From Ranitomeya imitator (lineage: Eukaryota), in NCBI RefSeq assembly GCF_032444005.1, contig NC_091284.1, positions 19,344,001-19,408,000 of the forward strand: a stretch of 64,000 nt of DNA, in the 5' to 3' direction. Positions 8,069 through 18,874 of this stretch are shown here, piece by piece. The notes under the pieces are model-generated. The model was not told where the DNA came from and did not search any database. It worked only from the letters and a program-made list of their open reading frames with translations. Each line of letters starts with the position of its first letter. The stretch's first letter is position 1. Made by a program: the position numbers and the translations under genes.

Positions 8069-10733
8069 GTAACTTCCTCACCTCCCTTAGTTCAGACCGT
8101 ATGGATGCCCAGTGTAGATGCGTAATGGACTGGTATAGATGGCTGTGGCCATTATCTGATATTCTGACCAAATTTAACCAATGTTCTCAAGGGTTGGAGT
8201 GCCGGAGGGTCGGAGTTTCCTAAATTCCCCACTTTCATTCCATTTACAATGTTTATCTATAGCCATTCAAAATTGAGGTAACAACCGGGCATTCTGATCC
8301 CATTTCATGCTTACACGGGTATTTGTGCTCGCATGCGGGCGTCCACACCCGTCCATGCCGTTCCACTCTGCCTTTCTCTTTGTACATTACAGCTGATGAG
8401 GAATACGTATTTAATTTTGTGTTCTAATGACTTTCTTGTCGAAACGTCCTGTCTCATTAGGAGCAGGAAGAATAACTGATAAATTATAGCTGGGGGCCGG
8501 AGCGTTCTGATTTCATAGGGGGATAACCTACTTATTATGCCGGTTGGGTGTCGCTGCGTTGTCGGAAAGTGAATGTTAGTTTGTGCTTGTTTCCTTCAGG
8601 GTGGTAATGATCATCCGAGGCGTCAGGGTCAAATTGAGTCATAGACGGAAACATTTTTTGCTGGTGCGACACAGAATAGTATCAGGAAAATGATATTTAC
8701 CAGATTTGCTTCAAGGGGTTCTCAAGCTGTAATCTTGCCTAGTGCACACAAGTTGGGATGAGAAGGTTGACACTGCCGTAGACCGCAGGGATGTAATAGA
8801 TGCATGACCCTAAAAACAGTACGAGGCTCCATCCGCGCTCATTGTCAACTGCGTGTAGGCACAACCGGGGTCATAGCAAATCACAGACTGTACTATCGGC
8901 TCATTTACAGCTGATAATGACCACCGGGGCATCATTAATACACATAGCAAAGGCCAAGTGCACACAAATATGGGTTGTAGATTGCAAAAACGACTCCTGC
9001 TACCAAATCTATGACCCTCCTGTTGAGATACTCGATAGTCATGCATCATACATTGCCGACTGCCGAATGCTCGTTCAGCCAACAGCCATTCTTCCTGATC
9101 GTCGCACACGGATCTTGCATGCTTTTCAATGAGGAAAGAAGTCATTGCAAGATTTCTATAACTCCCACAGCAACCATGGATCGGACATGATGAAATGCAA
9201 TATGCCTGACCCTTTTTTCCCCCAACATCTCCTGTTGGTGGAGTCAGAACAGCATGTGACTCATTACATAGCCAATCCCACCAACATTGACAAGTTTGAC
9301 CTATAAACATTTAACGTTTAAGAGCACTTAGGTAAGAATGTATAATTTTGACCTTGTTAAGTGGCCAACATCTATTTCTGACACCTGGTGAGGTGGATCC
9401 TCCAAGCCACCTGGCCTTAGGCATCAGTGCTACAGACAGGTGAGGCACGCTGGCAAGAGATAGCTGAGGTACTGGAAGCCGCAGGCAAACAGATAGCTGG
9501 GAGAATGGAAGCCGCAGGCAGACAGGTGACGTCCTGGAAGACCGCGAACCGGGTACTGTGCACAGTCAAACTAAAAAATCTTACTATCAAGACACAGATG
9601 TGTATCTTGGTAATAAAATAAATCCAGCATTGTGGAAGGAATCATAAGCTGGAAGAAAGCTTCAGATGACTCCAAACTAAAACACAGAGCTCAGTAAATA
9701 AGCAGCGACTGTAATTTATGAGGATATAGCTCCAATAAAAAAAAAATCTGCACTGGAGCCATTCATCCATTGCGGTTTATTGCATCGCTGTGCTTTTGTT
9801 GCTAGATGTTCTTTAACCCTTGCTGGTCCTCTGGCTGGATGTAACAGCAACCTCCGCAGCCCCTGTGTGACCGGCTCTTTAAGATCTTCCGTTGTTCTTA
9901 TTTCTTACACATTTTTTCTTTCCCTGTCGGTGGACCAGTATGAATTCAGCTGTGGTTCTTCTTTATACTGGTGCGCTTTAGTCTGCTGGTGTGTGATGCT
10001 GGGATCACCTGTCTCGCTTCGGATTCCCCGCAGAGGTAAAGAGGAGCTCTCCAATGTCTTTTTCCCATTTTTCTTATCTTCCATCTCCAGCTCTTCTTTG
10101 ACCCTTCCCGCCCTTCCCTTTTAACATTACCTGACTGAGCCTTAAAATAACTCCATGGATTAAATATATTTCCTTAACCGGCAGTGGATTCAACATTTCG
10201 CTCAAATCCTCTGTTCAAGAGCGTTTTATCCCAGGCAGACGTCCTGCTAATGGGAGTTAAGCACAAATTATTTTAGGCTTTCTATTACCCCGTCCATGAT
10301 GTATATGATTGAGGGATATTCTGTGCTACATGTATAAACCACACAAGACCCCCAACTGCTGGATGGGAGAAGGGGAGTGAAAAGTCAAATCTGAAGGATA
10401 CTTTGTGTCTCGGATGTTTAAGACAATGTTGAGAAGCATAATCTTTCTTCTTTTAACAATGAACTTATACGATCATGGGTAGACTGGGATTAATAAGGAG
10501 GGATCTGCCTCACTTATGTCAGTGGGCTACAATACCAAACACAAACAAAGTGGGGCGCTGTTTTTGGAAAGAGATAGAAAATTATATATCATGTCACTGA
10601 TGTAGGTGCTTCCATCTTGCATTGTAGATAGGCCCATCCTTTTAGAAATAGTAATTTGGATGACTCAGCAGATTTCAAGTGATTTTTGAGGCACCCGGGA
10701 CAAATTTTCTGGCAGTCCAAAAGGTCCAGTCCC

Positions 10734-11941
10734 TGTGACGCTGGCTAGTCACGTCTCATGGAGAAGCCATGAGACAGAGGAGTAAAGGTGTGTGGGATCA
10801 AATACCAGGAATGAACATCAAAGGCAAAGGGGCTAGACAAGTGAATTGTCAAAAGGAAAAGTTCAGGCAACAAAGATCAGAGTACGTCAAAGGCAAAGGG
10901 GCAAGACAAACAAATAGTCAAAAGACAAAGTCTGAGGTCAGGCAACAAAGATCAGAATACGTCAAAGGCAAAGGGGTAAGACAAACAAATAGTCAAAAGG
11001 CAAAGTCTGAGGTCAGGCAACAAAGATCAGAGTATGTCAAAGGCAAAGGGGCTAGACAAGTGAATAGTCAAAAGGAAAAGTTCAGGCAACAAAGATCAGA
11101 GTACGTCAAAGGCAAAGGGGCAGGAGAAACAAATAGTCAAAAAACAAAGTCTGAGGTCAGGCAACAAAGATCAGAATACGTCAAAGGCAAAGGGGTAAGA
11201 CAAACAAATAGTCAAAAGGCAAAGTCTGAGGTCAGGCAACAAAGATCAGAGTATGTCAAAGGCAAAGGGGCTAGACAAGTGAATAGTCAAAAGGAAAAGT
11301 TCAGGCAACAAAGATCAGAGTACGTCAAAGGCAAAGGGGCAGGAGAAACAAATAGTCAAAAAACAAAGTCTGAGGTCAGGCAACAAAGATCAGAATACGT
11401 CAAAGGCAAAGGGGTAAGACAAACAAATAGTCAAAAGTCTGAGGTCAGGCAACAAAGATCAGAGTATGTCAAAGCCAAAAGGGCAAGACAAACAAATAGT
11501 CAAAAGGCAAAGTCTTATGTCAGGCTACAAAGATCAAAGCAGGGGCAAGACAAACGAATAGTCAAAAGGCAAAGTCCAAGGTCAGGCAACAAAGATCAGA
11601 AGAGCAGAACACAAAGCAAGCAGAACACAGAGCACAAGGAACACATACCACTGAGTAAAGCTATGATTAGCAATGGTCTGACCGTTATCAGCTAGCTAAA
11701 TAGCCAGGCAATCACTCAGAAAGGATGAAACCTGGAGTAAACTCAGCAGGCCCAGATTGATTATACTGCTGGACAATCCTTAATTTGCATGTTGATAGCC
11801 CAGCATGCCCAAGCCCTTGATTTGGTGGCCAGGCTATTCCACTCACAAAACTGACAGCCCAGCATGCCCCTGAAATCCATAGGGTGGCCGTTCTTTCACT
11901 CACTACATCCATAGGACACTGTGAGTGGCAGAATCATGACA
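10734..11941. mobile_element. Probable solo LTR (Gypsy-like) with internal tandem expansion
   Basis: TGTGAC...ATGACA termini; composition typical of vertebrate Gypsy LTRs; no exact TSD found (gtccc / ttcca). Confidence 0.5.
10817..11600. repeat. 75/75/69-bp higher-order tandem repeat (219-bp period) inside the LTR-like element
   Basis: Units visible in DNA and in the 308-aa translation (RQQRSEYVKGKG... 25/25/23 aa, ~3 cycles). Confidence 0.9.
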
Positions 11942-12591
11942 TTCCATTATCCAGGACCCTCTCAGACATTTTGGTAGAGTTGGCAAGTAAGGAATAGATG
12001 TGTCCAAAGATTAACTATAGAAGTACCAGGACTTCCAATGCCAAGACTTGCCAAACGGCTGAAACTTTAAGCTCTGCCACTTCTATATATTCGATCAGTC
12101 ATGTGTGAAGATTTACTGAGGACATCGATGTATGAACAGGTGGAGAACTCTTTCAGTCAGAATTAGTTTTACTATACTTTAAGTTTCGGGACCCCTTGCT
12201 CAAGGTTTGGGACCTACCAAATGGTTTGTTATATGTGCCATTGAAACACGTAAGGAGCTGATAAGGTCACATCTGCGACCTGAAACCTTTACCTGAAGTG
12301 ATGGGTACTGGTCAGCCACACTAACGGATGACCTCCACGATGAGAAGGGATCAAGGATCCCACCATCCTAGTTTCCATATCATCTTCTGAATAGCACTCT
12401 TTGCGGGGAGGGTACGTCACAGACACCATATTTTGGAGGTTAAACATAATAACGGCTGTTCGGCGCCTACTTCATCGCTCCGGTGAGGAGTCTTGTTTCA
12501 ATGCTCCTATACTGAGGAGCAAATTGCATATCTGCAGAAGAGTTATTACAGAATATTTGGGTTTCTTTTGCATGAATCTTCTTGTACTCAC

Positions 12592-12611
12592 CTTCAAAAA
12601 TCTTCTGTCCT
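12592..12611 (-). CDS. Candidate 20-nt microexon
   Basis: Minus: ctcAt branch-like motif, ttttattatctctactttttAG|AGGACAGAAGATTTTTGAAG|GTGAGTac (near-consensus donor). Splice signals only. Confidence 0.35.
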
Positions 12612-12782
12612 CTAAAAAGTAGAGATAATAAAACTATGAGGAAAAACTTGAATGAAGAACCACAAGGAATGTCTAAGATTGTGAAGGAGACCGACATCGG
12701 TGGACAAAAGAGATCTCCGCGTGTTCCTCAATAACACTAGACCTCTGTGCCATTTTGACCCAAGGGACAGTCACAAGACTTA

Positions 12783-13852
12783 CCGTATTTTTCGGACTAT
12801 AAGACGCACCAGACTATAAGGCGCACCCAGGTTTTAGAGGTGGAAAATAGGGAAAAAAATATTTGAAGCAAAAAAATGTGGTAAAATATTTAATAACATA
12901 CTATTATATATAATAACACCACATATAATAGTATGTTATTATGTTGGAAGCTGCGGGACCAGTGTGGTGTCTGTACAGTACTATATGAAGATGCTGGAGG
13001 GTGAGTATAAGAATGGGGGCACAGGGCTTATATTTAAAGCACCACTCCAGCACTGCAAAATAAAACTGGAGTGCTGCTTTAAAATCCAATGGGAGAACTA
13101 TAACTCCCAGCATGTCCTGCAGATCATATGACATGCTGGGAGTTATAGTTCAATAAAGAAGTGGCAGAGTGCTTTATTGTGTTTTGGAAAGACTAACCTC
13201 TTAATTGTGGCAGCCAGCCACACTGTGGTGAGGTAAAAGCATCCCATGACTGCACACAGAGCCCTCCCTCTTGTTGCCTTTCCACAGCACAGGTAATGGG
13301 AGCCAGCAGATTCTAGTGTTGGAGTATGAAGGACCTGTGATGATGTCAAGAAGAGGGAGGGATCTGTGTTGCCATGTGATGCTCCAGCCCGCCCACTTCT
13401 GACATCATCACAGGTCCTCCTTGTGCACACTGCACAGCACTCAGCTCCAGCCCAGGAAGGTACTGCGATCTCCTCTCCCCCGGACCCTGCTGCTGCTGCC
13501 CCCTCCTGCCCCGGACACACAGATCTCCCCAGCTGCTGCAGGAATCAGCGCTGGGGAAGCCATGTGTGTCCCTGCTTAAGTGCAGTATTCATTTGCCTCT
13601 CCTGGCTCACCACTCAGCTGATAGGTGGGCGGGGAGCCGCTAATGAATATTCACTGCACTTAATCATCGGGACCATATGGTTTCCCCAGCACTGATTCTG
13701 GGCAGCAGGGACATCCTGAAGTGGAATAACAGTGCGAACCCACTCACTGCTGCCCCCCTCCCAACATGCTACATCCGTACCATAAGACGCACCCACACTT
13801 TCCTCCCAAATTTGGAGGGAAAAAAGTGCGTCTTATAGTCAGAAAAATACGG
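12783..13852. mobile_element. Non-autonomous Tc1/mariner-superfamily (pogo/Tc2-like) element, 1070 bp
   Basis: 27-bp TIRs CCGTATTTTTCGGACTATAAGACGCAC (12783-12809 and 13826-13852, one mismatch), TA on both sides, no transposase ORF; internal 21-bp perfect palindrome arms at 13096-13150. Confidence 0.9.
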
Positions 13853-15164
13853 TATTTGGTTGCCATTGGAAGACACAAATGCGTAAAAAGATACATGAAT
13901 GAAGCCAAAGATGGACCCAACAGAGACAAGAATTGGTGGTGCCAAGTTACAGTATGTTGGCAAGTTTTTGGGTTTCTTTCTCCATGTCAGTTGAAAGAAT
14001 TATTAAACGTGGGACCCCCCCCCCAAATACATATTAGGGGTAAACCTTATTGTTTTCGTATTTCATTTCTTTTAGCCCCTGATACAAAACATTACTAGCC
14101 AGGAGTTTAAACATATATTAGAATGGCTCAAAAATCCCTGCTGGAAATTAATAAAAAAAGAGAAATCTTTTGTCCTTTTGTCGACTCAACACAGTTTACG
14201 AAATTGCAATAAACTTGTGCCAAATACCTGGTGCTTCCGCAAAATGACATTTTGACTTTAGTTATTAATGCTTTGTGAGAATACAACAAAAGTCCTTATT
14301 TTTCAATTATTTGCTTCGTTGCATGGAACCTCTCCGCTCCCCCCGCACGCACCCCTCCCCCACCCAGCATTGACTCCCGGATTGACATTTTATAAAATAT
14401 ACATTAAAATTATGCTTGTTGCGATGGCCGGGACACAGTTGCCCATTATATAGGAGGAAAGAAGATGTCAAGCTGTTCAGTAACACGGCAGTTGTAAGAT
14501 TTAGTCGGGTTTGATAAAGCTCGCCGATTGTCTGCTCATAATGGCCGCCTGAGAGGCTAAATTAGGGGGAAAATCTGCTTTTGTTTGTGTAACTGCTATT
14601 GTCATCCATTTCTTCACTCATACACTCATTTCCTGGCTGCTCTAGCAGCGGTATAATTGCTAGGCTGTTATAATATTGATTGGTGTAATGTTATTATGGC
14701 AATAATAATTTGATTTAATAACACCATGAGCCGAACGTTTGAATTTTCTTTGTAAAAATGATTGACTTTGTCAAGCGCTTTTGTAAAATGTTCCGCGAAG
14801 CTTAAGAATGTAGATTTCATAGGAAAATCCAACCCTATGGAGAGAAGGAGGAGGTTCGTCCCGGCATATAATTATGCAGGCTACTATTTATCAAATAAGA
14901 GGAAAGTATTCAACCAATCACAATAAACGGAACCCGGCGCCTGAGGAGCAAAAATAATAAGCAGACAATGTAACGCAGCTCATCGCGGGTCAGGGCTTTA
15001 TCATTTCAAGCTCAACGTAAAACTGAGCACCTTAAAGGAGTATTCCAAGAATTGAAAAGTTATCCTTCTTTATTGGATAGGGAGCGATTAGTGATCACTG
15101 GAGGTCTCACCGTGGTTGACAGGGGCATAACGATCACGGTCGCAGATGGTACGACCACAACCGG

Positions 15165-16555
15165 GTTCATGTGGGCAAACAATTGTCAGAGGAGATGTAA
15201 TGTAAATAAATGTAGAGTAATGCACGAGGACGGAGGAATCCTACAGCTGCATATACATTATATGGGAAAATACTCGTGACTACAGAACAGAAGGACGGGG
15301 GATTCTGGTTACAAGTAAGCTGAGCAGCAGCACTCAATGTCAGGCAGCAGCCGCAAAAGCAAACAAGATTTTAGGGTGTATAAAGAGATAAAATCCGAAT
15401 GTATTATTACCCCTTGATAAATCACTGGTGATGCCACATCTAGAATATGGGATCCAGTTTTGGGCTTCACAATTAAAGAAGGATATTGTCACAATTAATT
15501 TTTTAAATCGTGACAGCTCTGGCTCTTCTTTAATTTAAACGTTGTTTTTTGCTTTCATGCCAGCAAGGGTTAATGTTAGTTTTCTTCATGGCAGCTGCTT
15601 TGATGCTGGTCAGCTGATGTGGGTTGTGACCACTCCCACCATCCTTTAAATAGTCACATGACACATCAGCTGACTGTTGGTAATAGAGTTATTCTATTGA
15701 GACCAGGCTAGGAGTTTTGCAGCTTTCTGGTGTCAGTGCTGTATCTGCTACTTCTGTGGAGTTCGGGGTCCTGTTTCCACATCTTCTGTGGGGTGGAGCC
15801 TGGAGCTAAGTTACTTGTTTATTTACCTTGTCTGTCTCGTGCTTGTCACTACCCCCTGTGTTTACACCATCTCCAGTGGTGAGACTAGCATCCTTGCCGG
15901 CTAGTTCACTAGCCAGGGTATAGTGAGGTGACAGCTAGGGATGAGGCACTTGATGACAGCGGGGGGAAGAACCCGCATAGGGCGTTAGGCAAGCTTAGGG
16001 ATAGGCACAGGCTGTGTTAGGAGGTGCCCCATCCCTCGTTCCCTACTGTTAGGGCCTTCCTCTCCCTCTTTCCATCCCATTGTTGGTGTTTGTTGTGCCG
16101 TCTGCTAGACCGACCCATGTGGGTCGTGACAGATATTCAGACATTAGGGTCAGTTCAAAGGTGGAAACTAGATTATTACAAGGGATGAGGCCTCTCATAT
16201 ATTACACAGGATGGAGGCTTCTCATATGATTAAAGGTTTGAAAAGTTGGGCTTGATTAGCTTTGAAAAAAGACCCATCAAAGGAGATCTCATTTACATGT
16301 CGAATATATGTGTGGTCAGTACAGAGGACGGCACAGGTCTTATTCCTTCCAAAGACCATACTGAGGACCAGAGGCAAATCATTACGGGTAGAAGAAAGGC
16401 GATACTGACAGCTAAATTGGAAAGGGTTCTTTACAGTTAGAGCAGTCAGAATATGGAATGCCGACCACAAGAGGTAGTAATGGCCGACACCATAACAGCT
16501 TTTATACAAGGGCCAGATGATTCCCTTGATACACATAACATTGTGGGTTATTTTT
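15165..16555 (+). mobile_element. 5'-truncated, degenerate CR1-type LINE (RT C-terminus), interrupted by a solo LTR
   Basis: Fragmentary translation NVNKCRVMH...QCQAAAAKANKILGCIKR...KSLVMPHLEYGIQFWA...LKKDI|QTLGSVQR...GDLIYM...GFFTVRAVRIWNA matches the CR1 ORF2 tail; stops and frameshifts. Confidence 0.9.
15487..16131 (+). mobile_element. Solo LTR, 645 bp
   Basis: TGTCAC...GTGACA termini with perfect 5-bp TSD GATAT (15482-15486, 16132-16136); removing it rejoins the CR1 frame (KKDI-QTL); TTTAAATA at ~15645 suggests + orientation. Confidence 0.9.
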
Positions 16556-16879
16556 AAATTAGTGACAACATATACGATTGGTGGAAAAAGGTTAAACTTT
16601 ATGGACCAAGGTTTTTTTTTCAACCTATTTAACTATGTAATATGTTATAATGAAATACTGATTTTATTGCTCCCTGGGGTCCCTATCTCATTAGAGAAAT
16701 ATGCTTCTTCATCCACTTCGTCTTCAAACCTCAACTTCTGAACTCATCATCCACTCTGAAAAACACAATCTGTCCTGCTCAAGACAAGACTTTCTGACAG
16801 CCAACTCTGGGATCAGATTACAATTGCCTATTGAAGTCTATGGAGAACGCATGAGGAGAAGCAAAGTAAAAGAAAGGCA

Positions 16880-17880
16880 GAGATACACATGCAAAGTAAA
16901 AGAAAATCTCGTTCCGTGTTGGATTCACAGATACACTGTTTGGTACTGCTGTATAATGTCCTCCATGTTGCTTTTGAATATGTGCTAGTAATAGAGAGGA
17001 GAACAGGAATCCCTCATTTCAGTCTGTGAAATACATAATTTCAGCTAGTCACTCTAAGTGTCTCTTCTCAGAGCTGTATTCACTACTGCACTGTTCAGTA
17101 CTCCTATATAACATCTCGAATGTTTGTTAGAAACAGAGAAGAGAGCAGTATTCCCTCATTTATATTGTGGAAGGCATCATAGCAGCTAGTTTCCACTCAC
17201 ACGTGATTATTTCACCTTAGAGCTATAATCACAGCTACACTGCTCAGTGCTTCTGTATAATATACTCCATGCAGCTGCTGGCTCTGAACATGAACTGCAT
17301 AGGAAAAGAGAGCAAGAATATCTCATATCTGTGTGCATTGTGTATCTGAGATATCATAGCCACTAGTCTCCACTCACACTAAGTGTTTATTTAACCTCAG
17401 AGCTACATTCACAGCTACACTGCTCAGTACTTCTGTATAATATATCCCATGCTGCTGCTGGCTCTGAACATGAACTTCATAGGAAAAGAGAGCAGGAATC
17501 CCTAATGTCTGTGTGCACTGTGTATCTGAGATATCACAGCCACTAGTCTCCACTCATACTGTGTTTATTTAACCTCGGAGCTATATTCACAGCTACACTG
17601 CTCAGTACTTCTATGTAATATCCTCCATTCTGTTGCTGGCTCAGAATATAAGGTGCGTAGGAAAAGAGAGCAGGAATCCCTCATGTTTGTGTGTGCTGTG
17701 CATGGAAGATATCATAGCCACTAGTCTCCACTCACTAGCTCAGAGACAACTAAAAATAGCCGTACAGTCTGCAAAGGGTAAAGATGGTGAAAAAAGCAAA
17801 ATACAAGTCATACAATGGCCAGAAATAATGTTATTCCTCATGCACGCACAGTTCCCTGAAATGGCAAGTATGCCTTAACT
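16880..17880. repeat. Second copy of the 3585-4150 dispersed family, here with ~180-bp internal units
   Basis: cagctacactgctcagt at 17232, 17412, 17590; shared gagcaggaatccctca and gttattcctcatg motifs; ends near TTAA at ~17876. Confidence 0.65.
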
Positions 17881-18739
17881 GTGCTGTGTTGTTATTACAC
17901 ATTTCTTATATAGCAGAGACTGCAGGGAATGTGCGGGGGGGGTTTCAGAATAATGACTGATGATGATCCATAGACATCTTCATGTGATTGCTCCTTTAAT
18001 CTCCTGAGCATTATCCTAATAAAAATAACAGGAATACTAATTTTAAAAAAATCCTATAAATGTTAAATAAAAAAAAAAACAAGAATAAAATAACAAATAA
18101 AAAAAAAACCAAGAATAAAATAAAACAAAAAAAAAGAAAACAAATTGTTCTTTTTCTCCCGCTGACCCTCGTCAAAGTCCTAAAGTGAAGAACAAGCCTT
18201 AATCTTAATTAAATCTGGCGCTATACATGAAATTAATAAGGATTTATCGATTACTTTATTACTATAATTCGGGAGCGGCGCGCTGTGTAACGCGGCGGCA
18301 GAAGGACGCTGATTACAAGCAGATAAATATTTATTAAAAGCCGACTGTGATTTATGAAGTATTATTGGCCTGAACTGATGTCATTTGGGATCCGGGGTTC
18401 ATCGTCTGCCGAGCGGGCGCTCATTACTGCTGAGATCAGTCCTATCATTATTTATCATATGGTTTTTTGGGGCCGGTTAATCTGTTCTGAATAAGAATTG
18501 GATGCTTAGCCTTCCTGAGCGCTCGGCTTTAAGGCTTTAGCTGAAATAAATCTTTATTTCATCCCCGAACCAAATGAAAATAAATACATCTGGAGATTTT
18601 GATGTTTGAGGAAGACGGATAATGGTTTTATGTCATTAACTTTATATTTGGAGTAGTTCATCCATTATTAAAGGAGCCTTTCAGTAATGCAGCTTGTGCT
18701 ATCGGCGTGCGTCCTGTGCACAGATATGTCCACTCTTAC

Positions 18740-18794
18740 CTTTATTTTTGAGGGGATTAAGTTAAGGAAAAATTTGGAGTCTGTTACCGCTCGA
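18740..18794 (-). CDS. Candidate 55-nt exon (xRAVTDSKFFLNLIPSKIK)
   Basis: Minus: gatgtgatttgcAG|TCGAGC...AATAAAG|GTAAGAg; one of three frames open. No homology recognised. Confidence 0.3.
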
Positions 18795-18874
18795 CTGCAA
18801 ATCACATCATAACCACAGAATGGCCACATAGGGGTGGACATATCACTGGTGTAACCTGTCCAGCCACAGCACCC

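Noticed and set aside
8093-8174. Possible minus-strand exon (ISDNGHSHLYQSITHLHWASIRSELRE)
   Set aside because: Weak polypyrimidine tract, adjoins a minisatellite, and does not fit the phase of neighbouring candidates.
8800-9310. Overlapping 110-aa (+) and 166-aa (-) ORFs; ILDSHASY faintly resembles a pogo DDE motif
   Set aside because: No other catalytic motifs in register; cannot assign.
9780-10260. 114-aa + ORF and a minus-strand acceptor/donor pair (~10245-10131)
   Set aside because: Low-complexity ORF; the candidate exon has stops in all three frames.
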